This document shows positions 21,071 through 31,464 of a stretch of 64,000 nucleotides of DNA, piece after piece. The position numbers and the translations under genes were made by a program. Within the stretch, counting starts at the first letter, position 1. Each line of letters starts with the position of its first letter. Origin of the DNA: Kribbellaceae bacterium (GTDB taxonomy: Bacteria > Actinomycetota > Actinomycetes > Propionibacteriales > Kribbellaceae); NCBI GenBank assembly GCA_033851055.1, contig JAWWPC010000076.1, positions 21,239-85,238 on the forward strand, written 5' to 3'. The notes below the pieces were generated by a model, which saw only the letters and a list, made by a program, of their open reading frames with translations, was not told where the DNA came from and made no database searches.

Positions 21071-21943
21071 ATGGCCACCCCTGCCCAGTGGATTGAAGGT
21101 GCCCGCCCGCGCACCTTGCCCGCCGCGATCTCGCCTGTCGTCGTCGGCACCGGTGCTGCTGCCTACCTGGGCGGCTTCGTCTGGTGGAAGGCGCTGCTGG
21201 CTCTCGGCGTCGGACTCGCCCTGCAGATCGGCGTGAACTACGCCAACGACTACTCGGACGGTGTCCGCGGTACTGACGAGAACCGGGTCGGGCCGCTCCG
21301 GCTGGTCGGGTCGAAGGTGGCGAGCCCACGCCAGGTGAAGACGGCTGCCTTCACGTGCTTCGGGATCGGCGGCGTACTTGGACTGGTGCTCTGCGCAACT
21401 TCCAACTGGTGGCTGCTGGTGGCAGGGGCCGCCTCCTTGCTCGCGGCTTGGTTCTACACCGGCGGCAAGAGGCCGTACGGGTACCGGGCTCTCGGCGAGG
21501 TCAGTGTCTTCCTGTTCTTCGGACTAGTCGCTGTCCTCGGTACTACCTACGTACAGGCCGGGCGGCTGCATTGGACGGCTATCGCCGGGGCGGTTGGCAT
21601 CGGCGCCATCGCCTGCGCCTTGCTGGTCGCCAACAACCTGCGGGACATCCCGACCGACAGTGTCACCGGCAAGCGCACCCTGGCCGTCGTACTGGGCGCC
21701 AGCAACTCCCGGAGGCTGTACGCCGCGCTGATCGCGCTTGCGTTCATCCTGGCGGTGCTGGCCACGCTGGCCACGCCGTGGGCCCTCCTCGGGTTGATCG
21801 CGCTGCCGCTGGGCGTCCGCGCCGTACGAGTAGTAATGAGCGACGCGGTGGGACCGGCGCTGATCCCGGTCCTGAAAGACACCGGGCTGACAGAGCTCAT
21901 GTACGCCGTGGGCCTTGCGGTGGGATTGGCCCTAGGCAACTAA
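21071..21943 (+). CDS. menA: 1,4-dihydroxy-2-naphthoate polyprenyltransferase
   Basis: GARPRTLPAA, NYANDYSDGVRGTD, NNLRDIPTD...GKRTLAV. Confidence 0.96.
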   Translation: MATPAQWIEGARPRTLPAAISPVVVGTGAAAYLGGFVWWKALLALGVGLALQIGVNYANDYSDGVRGTDENRVGPLRLVGSKVASPRQVKTAAFTCFGIGGVLGLVLCATSNWWLLVAGAASLLAAWFYTGGKRPYGYRALGEVSVFLFFGLVAVLGTTYVQAGRLHWTAIAGAVGIGAIACALLVANNLRDIPTDSVTGKRTLAVVLGASNSRRLYAALIALAFILAVLATLATPWALLGLIALPLGVRAVRVVMSDAVGPALIPVLKDTGLTELMYAVGLAVGLALGN

Positions 21944-21967
21944 GGGGGCGAGTAGGGGTGCCAGCCG

Positions 21968-23104
21968 CTAGGCCGGTTCGCGCCAGCTGCCGGTGGACTC
22001 GAAGCGCTTGAGCGTGTCCAGGTAGGGCTCGATGTCGATGCCGTGCCCCTTCAGCCAGCCGTCGTCGTAGTAGGTGTTGCCGTACCGCTCGCCGCCGTCG
22101 CACAGCAGCGTCACGATGCTGCCCTCCACCCGGGTACGACGCATCTCCGCCGCCAGCCGCAGGGAGCCCCACAGGTTGGTCCCGGTGGAGCCGCCGACCA
22201 GCCTGCCGGTGACCCTCGAGCAGAACCGCATCGCCGCTATCGATGCGGCATCCGGTACGGCGATCATCCGGTCCACCACGCCGAGCACGAATGACGGCTC
22301 TACCCGGGGCCGGCCGATCCCCTCGATCCGGGACGGCCGGCCGGTGGCGAAGTCGCCGTCGCCGGACTCGAATGCCGGGAAGAACGCCGAGTTCTCCGGG
22401 TCCACCACGGCCACGGAGGTCTCGTGCCGCTGGTAGCGCACGTACCGCCCGATCGTGGCCGAGGTGCCACCCGTGCCCGCGCCGACCACGATCCAGCTCG
22501 GCACCGGGTGCTGTTCCAGCGCCATCTGCTCGAAGATCGACTCGGCGATGTTGTTGTTGCCACGCCAGTCGGTGGCCCGCTCGGCGTACGTGAACTGGTC
22601 CATGTAGTGCCCGCCGGTCTCCTCGGCCAGCCGCTTGGCCTCGCCGTAGATCTGCGCGGAGCGCTCCACGAAGTGGCAACGACCGCCGTGGAACTCGATC
22701 AGTTCGACCTTCTCCTTGCTGGTCGAAACCGGCATCACCGCCACGAACGGCAGCCCGAGCAGCCGGGCGAAGTACGCCTCGCTGACTGCGGTGGACCCGC
22801 TGGACGCCTCGATGACCGTCGTACCTTCCTTGATCCAGCCGTTGCAGAGCGCGTAGAGGAACAGCGAGCGGGCCAGCCGGTGCTTGAGCGAACCGGTCGG
22901 GTGGACGGACTCATCCTTCAGGTAGAGGTCGACCCCGAGGACCGACGGCATCGGGAACACGTGCAGGTGCGTGTCGGCACTGCGGTTCGCGTCCGCATCG
23001 ACCACCCGGATCGCCTCGGACACCCAGGCCCGGTCCTTGTCGTTACGGTGATCCACCTCGCGACACCGCTGGGGCAAGCTGTCGGCCCCGTTTACCTCAC
23101 TCAT
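21968..23104 (-). CDS. PLP-dependent cysteine synthase-family protein (Cds1-like cysteine desulfhydrase)
   Basis: [60 protein letters not shown]. Confidence 0.85.
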   Translation of the reverse strand: MSEVNGADSLPQRCREVDHRNDKDRAWVSEAIRVVDADANRSADTHLHVFPMPSVLGVDLYLKDESVHPTGSLKHRLARSLFLYALCNGWIKEGTTVIEASSGSTAVSEAYFARLLGLPFVAVMPVSTSKEKVELIEFHGGRCHFVERSAQIYGEAKRLAEETGGHYMDQFTYAERATDWRGNNNIAESIFEQMALEQHPVPSWIVVGAGTGGTSATIGRYVRYQRHETSVAVVDPENSAFFPAFESGDGDFATGRPSRIEGIGRPRVEPSFVLGVVDRMIAVPDAASIAAMRFCSRVTGRLVGGSTGTNLWGSLRLAAEMRRTRVEGSIVTLLCDGGERYGNTYYDDGWLKGHGIDIEPYLDTLKRFESTGSWREPA

Positions 23105-23183
23105 GGGGGTCAGGCTAGCCGCAGTCCACCACCGGACCCCGGGGCGAGTTACTTTGGAGCGACGATCGCCGACCAGTGGGGGA

Positions 23184-24203
23184 ATGATGACCGACTACGA
23201 CGAGCGGCCGACCCGGCCCCGGGTTACGCTCACCGACATCAGCTCGCGTGCCTGGGAGCACCCGGCCGACCGCGGTGCCCTGGTCGCGCTCCGGCAGCTG
23301 AAGGGTTTCGACTTCTTGCTGCGGAAGATGTCCGGCATGATCAACGAGCGCGCCTTCCGGCTGCAGTTCCTCGGCGCGGCGATCCGGGTGGACGAGCGGC
23401 AGTTCCCCAGGATCCACCGCCTCTATACCGAGGCGGGCACCACCCTGGACGTGCGTGAGCTGCCGGAACTATTCGTCATCAACAACCCGCTTTGGAACGC
23501 GGTCACGATCGGCATGGACAAGCCATTCATCGTGCTGAACAGCGCCCTGCTGCAGGGTCTGGACGATGAGGAGACTCGGTTCGTCCTCGGGCACGAACTC
23601 GGGCACGCGCAGAGCGGTCACGCTCTGTACCAGTCCTTGCTGCTCTGGCTGATGCGCCTAAGCGGAGCTTTGAACTGGATGCCGCTCGGCGCCCTCGGCC
23701 TGCGCGCCATCGTCGCCGCCCTGCATGAGTGGTCCCGCAAGGCCGAGCTGTCCGGCGACCGCGCCGGGCTGCTAGCCGTGCAGGACCCGGCCGTCCCGTT
23801 GCGGGTGCAGATGAAACTTGCCAGCGGCGGCCAACTCGGTGAGCTCGACACCACCGCCTTCCTCGCACAGGGCACCGAGTACGAGAGCGCCGGCGACCTC
23901 CGGGACAGTGTGCTGAAGCTGCTGCTGCTCGAGGCGCAAACCCACCCGATGGCCGTCATCCGGGCGCATGAGCTGCGCCGCTGGGTGGACGAGGGCGAAT
24001 ACACCACGACCGTCTCCGGCGACTACCCAAAGCGCCAGGACGACGACAACGCCTCGATGTCGCAGGAGGCGAAGAACGCGGCCAAGTCCTACTCGGACGC
24101 GTTCAGCCGGTCCCAGGACCCGCTGGCCAAACTGATCCGAGACCTCGGCGACGGCCTCGGCGGCGTACGGGACTGGGTCTCCTCCAAGTTCCCGCCCCGC
24201 TAG
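23184..24203 (+). CDS. M48-family zinc metallopeptidase
   Basis: HELGH (HExxH), [11 protein letters not shown]. Confidence 0.9.
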   Translation: MMTDYDERPTRPRVTLTDISSRAWEHPADRGALVALRQLKGFDFLLRKMSGMINERAFRLQFLGAAIRVDERQFPRIHRLYTEAGTTLDVRELPELFVINNPLWNAVTIGMDKPFIVLNSALLQGLDDEETRFVLGHELGHAQSGHALYQSLLLWLMRLSGALNWMPLGALGLRAIVAALHEWSRKAELSGDRAGLLAVQDPAVPLRVQMKLASGGQLGELDTTAFLAQGTEYESAGDLRDSVLKLLLLEAQTHPMAVIRAHELRRWVDEGEYTTTVSGDYPKRQDDDNASMSQEAKNAAKSYSDAFSRSQDPLAKLIRDLGDGLGGVRDWVSSKFPPR

Positions 24204-24233
24204 TGTCCCGACTCAGGAGGCTAGCCTGAGCAT

Positions 24234-26132
24234 GTGTCTGACGAGGCTGCATCGCCGACCTGGATGGATCGGCGGACGCTTTGGGGCCGGGGCATCGCCG
24301 CCCCGGTGCGAGCGTTCCTGCGGACCGAGTCAGGCAGCTCCGGGGTCCTGGTCGCGGCGATCCTGGCAGCGCTGATCTGGTCGAACGTCGACGCCACCTC
24401 GTACGACGCCGTCTGGCGCACGGAGTTCTCCCTCCGCCTCGGCAGTGCGGGCGTGGGCCTGGATCTGCGCACCTGGATCAACAGCGGCCTGATGACCCTG
24501 TTCTTCCTGGTGGTCGGCCTGGAAGCACGCCGCGAGTTCGACCTGGGCGAATTGCGGGACCGGAGCAGGTTCGTGCTGCCTTGCGTCGCCGGACTCGGCG
24601 GCATGCTGCTTCCAGTGCTGATCTACTTGGCTGTGAACCGGGGCGGCGCCGGCGCACACGGCTGGGGCGTGGCGATGTCGACCGACACGGCCCTCGCGCT
24701 CGGGCTGTTGGCACTCTTCGGCCGCCGGGTGCCGGACCGGATGCGGGTGTTCCTCCTGACGGTGTCCGTGGTGGACGACCTGGTGGCGCTGGCCGTGATC
24801 GTTGTCGTCTACAGCGTGCACATCGACGTGCTGGCCCTCGGCATCGCGATCGCCGCCTTCGCCTTGCTGGTCTTGGCCGTCAGGTTGCAGATGCGATACA
24901 GCCTGGTTTTCGTCGGTCTCGGTGTCGTCACCTGGGCCGCGTTGCTGGAGAGCGGCGTCGACCCGGTGGTCGCCGGGCTCGCGATCGGCCTGACGGCATC
25001 GGCCTACTCGCCGGCTCGCGGGGACCTCGAGCAAGCTACCTGGTTGTTCAGGCTGTTCCGTGAGCAACCGACCCCGGAACTCGCCCGGTCGGCCACTGCC
25101 GGTCTGACCTCGACGCTGTCGCCCAACGAGAGAATGCAGCACTTCTACCACCCGTGGACCAGCTACGTCATCGTTCCGCTGTTCGGTCTGGCGAATGTCG
25201 GCCTCGCCGTCGACGGCAGTTTCCTCGCCCACGCGTACCGCTCTCCGGTCACCATCGGGATCATCGCCGGCTACGTGGCCGGAAAGCCCATCGGCATCGT
25301 CGGTATGTCGTGGCTGGTGGCCAAGCTGAGCGGCGGACGGATCCGCCCGCAGGTGGGCTGGGCGTCGGTCACCGTCAGCGGCATGATCGCCATCGGCTTC
25401 ACCGTGTCCCTGCTGATCGCCACCCTGGCCTTCCAGGGCCCGGAGCTCCAGCAGGCGAAACTCGGCCTGCTCTCCGCCGCCGTCCTCGCGTCGGTGCTCG
25501 CCTGGACGGTCTTCCACATCACCGCGTTGATGCCACCCCGTCGCCGGGCGGTTGCGCTGCTCGGCGACGCAGATGTACTGGTGGATCTGACCGTTCCGGT
25601 CGACCCCGCCCGCGATCACATCCGCGGCCCGGCGACCGCCTCCGTGACAATCGTCGAGTGCGGCGACTTCGAATGCCCCAACTGCGGCCAGGCCGAACCC
25701 GTCGTACGGGACCTGTTGACCGATGACGACATCCGGTACGTATGGCGGCATCTGCCGCTCACCGACGTCCATCCGCAGGCAGAACTGGCAGCCGAGGCAT
25801 CCGAGGCTGCGGGGGCGCAAGGCAAGTTCTGGGAAATGCACGATCTGCTGCTGGCCAGGCAGGACAGGCTGCGGGCCACTGATCTGCTGCAGTACGCCGA
25901 TGAACTAGGGCTGGACCGCGATCAGTTTCATGACCAGCTCAAGCGGCACGTCTTCGCGGGCCGGGTCGCCCGGGACGTCGAGTCGGCAGACCTCAGCGGC
26001 GTGTCCGGCACGCCCACCTTCTTCATCAACGGGCAGCGGCACTACGGCGCCTACGACATCCAGACGCTGGCCGCTGCGGTCAAGACCGCGCGCATCCGGG
26101 CCAAAATCGGAGCGGCCACCAACCTGGCCTGA
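24234..26132 (+). CDS. nhaA: NhaA-type Na+/H+ antiporter fused to a C-terminal DsbA/thioredoxin domain
   Basis: WINSGLM.LFF..VGLE..RE, GWGVAMSTD, VVDD, P.F..AN, GFTVSL; then DFECPNC, WRHLPL, GTPTFFING. Confidence 0.9.
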   Translation: MSDEAASPTWMDRRTLWGRGIAAPVRAFLRTESGSSGVLVAAILAALIWSNVDATSYDAVWRTEFSLRLGSAGVGLDLRTWINSGLMTLFFLVVGLEARREFDLGELRDRSRFVLPCVAGLGGMLLPVLIYLAVNRGGAGAHGWGVAMSTDTALALGLLALFGRRVPDRMRVFLLTVSVVDDLVALAVIVVVYSVHIDVLALGIAIAAFALLVLAVRLQMRYSLVFVGLGVVTWAALLESGVDPVVAGLAIGLTASAYSPARGDLEQATWLFRLFREQPTPELARSATAGLTSTLSPNERMQHFYHPWTSYVIVPLFGLANVGLAVDGSFLAHAYRSPVTIGIIAGYVAGKPIGIVGMSWLVAKLSGGRIRPQVGWASVTVSGMIAIGFTVSLLIATLAFQGPELQQAKLGLLSAAVLASVLAWTVFHITALMPPRRRAVALLGDADVLVDLTVPVDPARDHIRGPATASVTIVECGDFECPNCGQAEPVVRDLLTDDDIRYVWRHLPLTDVHPQAELAAEASEAAGAQGKFWEMHDLLLARQDRLRATDLLQYADELGLDRDQFHDQLKRHVFAGRVARDVESADLSGVSGTPTFFINGQRHYGAYDIQTLAAAVKTARIRAKIGAATNLA

Positions 26133-26145
26133 CCCCGGGCAGCAC

Positions 26146-26181
26146 GAAGGGCCACAACCCCCGCCCGGGGTGCGGCCCTTC
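26146..26181. terminator. Hairpin between convergent nhaA and MFS genes
   Basis: GAAGGGCC...GGCCCTTC inverted repeat. Confidence 0.55.
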
Positions 26182-26231
26182 GAGACCTCACCAGCCTACG
26201 TGCTGGCCGGGAAGGTTCAAGCTTGGTGAGG

Positions 26232-27803
26232 TCAGCCGACGTGCACGCCGCCGGGCTGGCCGTCATTGGCCAGGTCGTCGTGCTTGACCGACAGGCCGAT
26301 CACGGTGACGATGGCGGCGCCCAGGACGATCAACCCCGACACCAGGAACGCCCGGGTGAAACCGTGCGTGGTCGCGACTGCCTGGAACTGGCCCTGCAGT
26401 TGCTTGACCTGATCCGGCGACTGCCCGGACTGCGCGGCCTTGGCGAGACCTGGAGCAAGTTCGGCGAACTTGTCCTTGATCGCGGTGGTGGAGACCGTGC
26501 CGAGCAGAGCCAGGCCGATCGCGCCACCGATCTGCTGGACCGTGTTCAGCACCGCCGAGCCGACACCGGAGTCCTCGTTGGCGACACCACTGACAGCGGT
26601 CAGGGTGAGCGGCACGAAGATCAGACCCATGCCGAACGACAGCAGAATGATGAACGGAAGCAGGTGGGTCCAGTACGTCGAGTCCACCTGGAGCTGGTTG
26701 AAGCCGAACATGCCGCCGGCAACCAGAACAGCACCCGCGCCCGAGATCCAGCGCGGATCGATCCGCGAGATCAGCGCCGACGCGACCTGCGCGGCGATGA
26801 CGATGCCGAAGCTGAAAGGCAGGAATGCGAACCCGGTCTTCAGCGCGCTGTAACCCATGATGTTCTGGATGAAGATGCCCAGGAAGTAGAACATCGAGAA
26901 CATCGCCGCGCCGACGATCAGCATCACGAAGAAGCTGACGCCTCGGGTGCGGTTCGCCAGAATCCGGAACGGCATCAGGGCGTGCCGCGACCGGGCCTCG
27001 ATGCTCAGGAAGAGGCCGATCAGGATCACGCCGGCCGCGATCAAGGCGATCGTTGTCGCGTCGCCCCAGCCGCTCTGCGCGGCGTGCGTCAGACCATAGA
27101 CGAGCGACGTGAGACCGACGGTTCCGGTGATCGCCCCCGGCAGGTCGAACTTGCCTGCCTGACGGGCCGACTCACCCAGGAAGCGGATCGCCAGCACAGC
27201 CACGATCAGGCCGATCGGGGTGTTGATGAAGAAGGTCCAGCGCCAGGACGCCTCGGTCAGTGCACCACCGAGGATCAGCCCGACGGCAGCACCCGCACCC
27301 GACATGGCGGCGTACACGCCCATCGCGCGGTTGCGCTCCTTGCCGGCCGGGAAGGTGGTGGTGATCAGCGCGAGCGCGTTCGGCGAGGCCGCCGCGGCTG
27401 CCAGGCCCTGCAGGATCCGGCTGGCGAGCAGCAGCGACTCGTTCTGCGCGATACCACCGAGGAAGGAGGCGACGCCGAACAGCACGACGCCGAACATGAA
27501 CACCTTGCGGCGGCCGAGGATGTCCCCGATCCGGCCGCCGAGCAGCAGCAGTCCGCCGAAGGCCAGCCCATAGGCGTTGACCACCCACGGCAGCGAGGCG
27601 TTGCTGAACCCGAGATCTGTCTGGATGTGCGGCAACGCGATGTTGACGATGGTGCCGTCGAGCACCACCATCAACTGCGCCATGCAGATCAGCGCAAGCG
27701 CGATGCCGAGATGGCGGTGGCCGTGCCCGTTGCCCTCCGGCTCGGCCTCGATGTCGACCCGCCTCTGTTCAGGCGGGTCGGCCTTGATGACGTCTTCAGG
27801 CAT
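26232..27803 (-). CDS. DHA2-family (14-TM) MFS efflux transporter
   Basis: LDGTIVNIALP, GRIGDILGRRK, WRWTFFINTPIG. Confidence 0.93.
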   Translation of the reverse strand: MPEDVIKADPPEQRRVDIEAEPEGNGHGHRHLGIALALICMAQLMVVLDGTIVNIALPHIQTDLGFSNASLPWVVNAYGLAFGGLLLLGGRIGDILGRRKVFMFGVVLFGVASFLGGIAQNESLLLASRILQGLAAAAASPNALALITTTFPAGKERNRAMGVYAAMSGAGAAVGLILGGALTEASWRWTFFINTPIGLIVAVLAIRFLGESARQAGKFDLPGAITGTVGLTSLVYGLTHAAQSGWGDATTIALIAAGVILIGLFLSIEARSRHALMPFRILANRTRGVSFFVMLIVGAAMFSMFYFLGIFIQNIMGYSALKTGFAFLPFSFGIVIAAQVASALISRIDPRWISGAGAVLVAGGMFGFNQLQVDSTYWTHLLPFIILLSFGMGLIFVPLTLTAVSGVANEDSGVGSAVLNTVQQIGGAIGLALLGTVSTTAIKDKFAELAPGLAKAAQSGQSPDQVKQLQGQFQAVATTHGFTRAFLVSGLIVLGAAIVTVIGLSVKHDDLANDGQPGGVHVG

Positions 27804-27861
27804 GCTGAATGAATCCCCTCTTGGTCTTCTGGCTTGGTCTGGTCTGCCGGCCTTCTACCGG

Positions 27862-28476
27862 TCAGACGGCCCGCGACCCCCGCGCCGCGGGCAGGATCAC
27901 GTGATCGATGACCCGGACGACGAGTTCGTCGGTGGGTTCGATCCCGAGGATGAAGGCGTGGTGGATGATCACTGCGGGCAGGGTGCGCGCGAGCATTTCG
28001 ATGTCCAGGTCGGCGGCGATCTCGCCGCGCTGTACGGCTTGCTCGTAGACCTTGTTGGCAACGGCGATCCGGGGCGCGAGGAAGCGCTCCCGGAAGGCCG
28101 TCTGCAGGTCGGCGTCGCGATGCAGCGCGGTCAGCAGACCTGCCATCACCGACATGGGCATCTCGGAGGTGAAGCCGCCCTCCACGCAGGACAGCGCGAT
28201 CAGATCGCCGCGCAGGCTGCCGGTGTCGACATCCTCCGGCACCGGGCAAGCCCCCTTCGCCCGGCTGATCGCGTCGACGACCAGCTCGGCCTTGGTGGAC
28301 CAGCGCCGGTACAGCGTCGCCTTACTGGCCTTGGCGGCCGTCGCCACCGCGTCCATCGTCAGCCGGTCGTAGCCGAGCTCAGCCACCACCTCGACGGTCG
28401 CATCGAGGATCTCGTCCTCGCGACTGCCCTCGACCCGGGGCCGCTGGCGCGGTCCGGCTACGGCCCTGTTTATCAT
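27862..28476 (-). CDS. TetR/AcrR-family regulator
   Basis: LTMDAVATAAKASKATLYRRWSTKAEL HTH. Confidence 0.94.
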   Translation of the reverse strand: MINRAVAGPRQRPRVEGSREDEILDATVEVVAELGYDRLTMDAVATAAKASKATLYRRWSTKAELVVDAISRAKGACPVPEDVDTGSLRGDLIALSCVEGGFTSEMPMSVMAGLLTALHRDADLQTAFRERFLAPRIAVANKVYEQAVQRGEIAADLDIEMLARTLPAVIIHHAFILGIEPTDELVVRVIDHVILPAARGSRAV

Positions 28477-28515
28477 GATTTGTTGATCACCCTGCGTAGC
28501 TGCATTATCGCGATA

Positions 28516-28534
28516 GAACGAAACTGTTTCGTTC
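28516..28534. promoter_or_regulatory. Palindrome GAACGAAAC-T-GTTTCGTTC, probable TetR operator
   Basis: Perfect 9-bp arms just upstream of tetR-MFS. Confidence 0.7.
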
Positions 28535-28655
28535 CATCAGCACACTACGAGGGCACATCAGGGCGTGGCAAACGAATTAGGCCGACTGGCCGAGGTGTTC
28601 TCCGTCACTCTCCGTACCAGTGCGCCACTGGTACGGCGGCAGCCCGGGACGACGG

Positions 28656-28907
28656 TTAGTCGTCGTCCTCGGCGCGGCGGGCGGCTTCGATCCGCTGCGA
28701 CATCCGGCTGGCCCGTCGCTCGATCGTCCCGGCGAGCCGGTCCCGGGCAGCGCGAAGCACGAAGACCGACAGGATCGACGACAAGATCAGCGCCAGTAGC
28801 AACACCGGCCAGATATTCAGCCAGTTCTGGAACGCGACCCACAGGATGCCGAAGCAGGCCGCGAAGAGCAGCAGCCGCAGCCCGGTGTAGACCGCGAACT
28901 CCTTCAT
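28656..28907 (-). CDS. DUF4229-like small membrane protein
   Basis: YTGLRLLLF, two TM segments, charged tail; usual position after ccs genes. Confidence 0.8.
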   Translation of the reverse strand: MKEFAVYTGLRLLLFAACFGILWVAFQNWLNIWPVLLLALILSSILSVFVLRAARDRLAGTIERRASRMSQRIEAARRAEDDD

Positions 28908-28908
28908 T

Positions 28909-29901
28909 TCAGATCCCGGCGTACGAATGCATGCCAGAAACCAGCAGGTTCACCACGACGAAGTCGAAGATGAAGACGAACCAGCCGACGATCGCGATCT
29001 TTGCCGCACGACTGCCACGCCAGCCGGCCGTGGCCCGGGCGTGCAGGTAGGCGGCGTACACGACCCAGGTGACCAGCGCCCAGACCTCCTTGGGATCCCA
29101 GCCCCAGTACCGGCCCCAGGCGTACTCCGCCCAGATCGGCCCGGCGACCAGTACGCCGAAGGTCCACAGCGGGAACGCGAACGCCAGCACCTTGTAGGCG
29201 GTGCCGTCCATCGCCTCCGAGCTGGGCAGCCGACGCAGCGACTCCGGCATCGCGGCGCCACCTTCCAGCACCCGGCGCTCGGCCTTGGACTTCACCAAAT
29301 ACAAGACCGACACCAGCCCCCCGATGGTGAAGGCACCACCGGAGATCGCCGCCGCCGATACGTGGATCACCAGCCAGTACGAGTGCAGCGCGGGCACCAG
29401 CGGACCGGCGGGCGTGTACAGCGTCAGCGTCGCGAGCCCGAGAACCGCGGCGAGAACCACGGTGACGCCCAGTCCGATCCATTGCACCTTGTAGCGGTGC
29501 ACGCAAAGCAGATAGACCACAGCGACGGCCAGCGAAGTCGTGATCGAGAACTCGTACATGTTGCCCCACGGCACCCGGCCGGCGGCAAGACCGCGAGTGA
29601 CCACCCCGACCAGATGCAACACAAAGGCAAGGTAGGTAAGCAGCAGCCCGATCCTGCTCGCCGCTTCAGACTTCGAGGCACCCGTTGAGGGAGCATCCGC
29701 GCCTGATGCCGGTACGACGACCTCCGCGGCGCCGGCCGAGCCGGCAGCGACCAGCACGTTCGCCGGATCGGCCACGACGACGCGTTCGAGTGAGCGACTC
29801 ATCGCCCACTCGAACGCGTGCGAGATCATCGCCAGTGCATAGATCACCGTCGCTGTCGGAATGACAAGGTTGGAGACTTGCGCGAAGGCCTCCGGGCTCA
29901 T
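28909..29901 (-). CDS. ccsA: Cytochrome c synthase, system II (CcsA/ResC; often labelled ccsB)
   Basis: PWGNMYE, WLVIHV, WGRYWGWDPKE (WWD domain), HSYA. Confidence 0.95.
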   Translation of the reverse strand: MSPEAFAQVSNLVIPTATVIYALAMISHAFEWAMSRSLERVVVADPANVLVAAGSAGAAEVVVPASGADAPSTGASKSEAASRIGLLLTYLAFVLHLVGVVTRGLAAGRVPWGNMYEFSITTSLAVAVVYLLCVHRYKVQWIGLGVTVVLAAVLGLATLTLYTPAGPLVPALHSYWLVIHVSAAAISGGAFTIGGLVSVLYLVKSKAERRVLEGGAAMPESLRRLPSSEAMDGTAYKVLAFAFPLWTFGVLVAGPIWAEYAWGRYWGWDPKEVWALVTWVVYAAYLHARATAGWRGSRAAKIAIVGWFVFIFDFVVVNLLVSGMHSYAGI

Positions 29902-31463
29902 GGCTTCTCCTGCTTTCTCAAGGCTTGTGCGATGGCGTGGATCTCGTCGCCGAGGCCGCGCTCGGGTCCCCGGTCCAGGCCGGCGACCTCGACTACGGTA
30001 CGCCCGTCCACCGTCCGTACTCGCACCCAGGTACGGCGGGGATGGATGAACAGCGAGCCCATCAGACCGAGGATGGCCAGCAGGATCCCGCCGAGTGCAA
30101 GGTCGAGCCCGGGTGTGTGGCTGACCTGTAGCTTCACCCAGCGGTCGTACGAGTCGAAGGTGATCGAGCCGCGGCCATCCGGCAGCGTGATGCTCTGCCC
30201 CGGCGCCAGCTGAAACCGCAGCTTGTCACCCTTGCCGTTGTCGAACTGAGTCAGCTTCGACTTGTCCAGCTGATACACCGATTGCGGCTTGCCTGTCTCG
30301 ACCGCTGGCCGCCCGTAGTAGGCCGTCAGCACCAGGGCCGGGTTCAGGGCGTCGGGGAAGACCGAGTGCGGGCCGTTCTGGTCGATCACGGCGGTCGGCA
30401 GGAAGAACCCTTCGAAGCCGAGCTGAACCGGGCGGGCATCCGGGGCCTTCACCACGCCGAACGAGGAGAAGTTGGTGTCCTGCGGCAGGAATGGCGACGG
30501 TCCGGAGAACGCGACCTGGCCCTTGCCATCGCGCACCGTCACCCTCGGCGCGTAGCCGTGGCCGAGCAGGTGCACCTTGGTGCCGTCCACATCCAGCGGT
30601 TTGTTCACCTGCAGGTTGTAGGACTTCTCCGGGGAGTCCGGCGTCGCCTGGTAGGTGAGCGCGGCGTTGAAGTCGGTCGCCGCACCGCGTTGCGGGCCGG
30701 ACGTCTGGAACTTGGCGGTGAAGCTCTTCACCGTCAGCGAGAACGGTGGCAGGTTGTCCGGGGTGAATGCCCGGCCCGGGCTGAAGTCGTCGTACTGCGC
30801 GATGGAGTTGGAGAACCCGTTGCCCACAACAACCAATACGGTGCCCCGGTAGCCGAACAGCGCGCCCCACGCCGCTCCGATCAGAGCCAGGATCAGTGAG
30901 AAGTGGAAGAGCAGGTTGCCGGCCTCACGGAGGTACCCGCGCTCGGCGCCGAGCGCACCGTCGTACGACTCGGTCCGGAAGCGGCGCCGGCGCAGCTCGG
31001 TGGACGCGGCGGCCAGCACTTCGGCCTCGGTCTCGTCGGTCTCGAACTGCTGGTGGCCGGACAGCCGGCTCAGGTTGCGCGGCGGCTTCGGCGGACGCGC
31101 CCGGACAGCCTTCAGGTAGACCTGCAGGCGCGGCACCACGCAACCGATCAGCGAGATGAACAGCAGTAGGTAGATCGCCGAGAACCAGGGCGACTTGAAG
31201 ACGTCGAACAGGCCGAGGCGGTCGTACCAGGGAGCGAGCTTCGGGTGCGCCCGGTAGAAGTCGGAGACCTTGAGCGGATCGATCCCGGTCTGCGGGATCA
31301 ATGAACCCGGCACAGCACCGAGAGCGAGAAGGAAGAGCAGTACGAGGGCTGTCTTCATCGAGGTCAGCTGGCGCCAGGTCCACCGCAGCCAGCCGAGCAC
31401 CCCCAGCTCAGGTGGCGGGGCCGGCTCCGGCGGGGTGTCGACGCGGTCCTTGACCTCAGTCAT
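29898..31463 (-). CDS. resB: Cytochrome c biogenesis protein ResB/Ccs1
   Basis: LTSMKTAL.LLFLLA, SPWFSAIY, GNLLFH, VNKPL. Confidence 0.94.
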   Translation of the reverse strand: MTEVKDRVDTPPEPAPPPELGVLGWLRWTWRQLTSMKTALVLLFLLALGAVPGSLIPQTGIDPLKVSDFYRAHPKLAPWYDRLGLFDVFKSPWFSAIYLLLFISLIGCVVPRLQVYLKAVRARPPKPPRNLSRLSGHQQFETDETEAEVLAAASTELRRRRFRTESYDGALGAERGYLREAGNLLFHFSLILALIGAAWGALFGYRGTVLVVVGNGFSNSIAQYDDFSPGRAFTPDNLPPFSLTVKSFTAKFQTSGPQRGAATDFNAALTYQATPDSPEKSYNLQVNKPLDVDGTKVHLLGHGYAPRVTVRDGKGQVAFSGPSPFLPQDTNFSSFGVVKAPDARPVQLGFEGFFLPTAVIDQNGPHSVFPDALNPALVLTAYYGRPAVETGKPQSVYQLDKSKLTQFDNGKGDKLRFQLAPGQSITLPDGRGSITFDSYDRWVKLQVSHTPGLDLALGGILLAILGLMGSLFIHPRRTWVRVRTVDGRTVVEVAGLDRGPERGLGDEIHAIAQALRKQEKP

Positions 31464-31464
31464 C

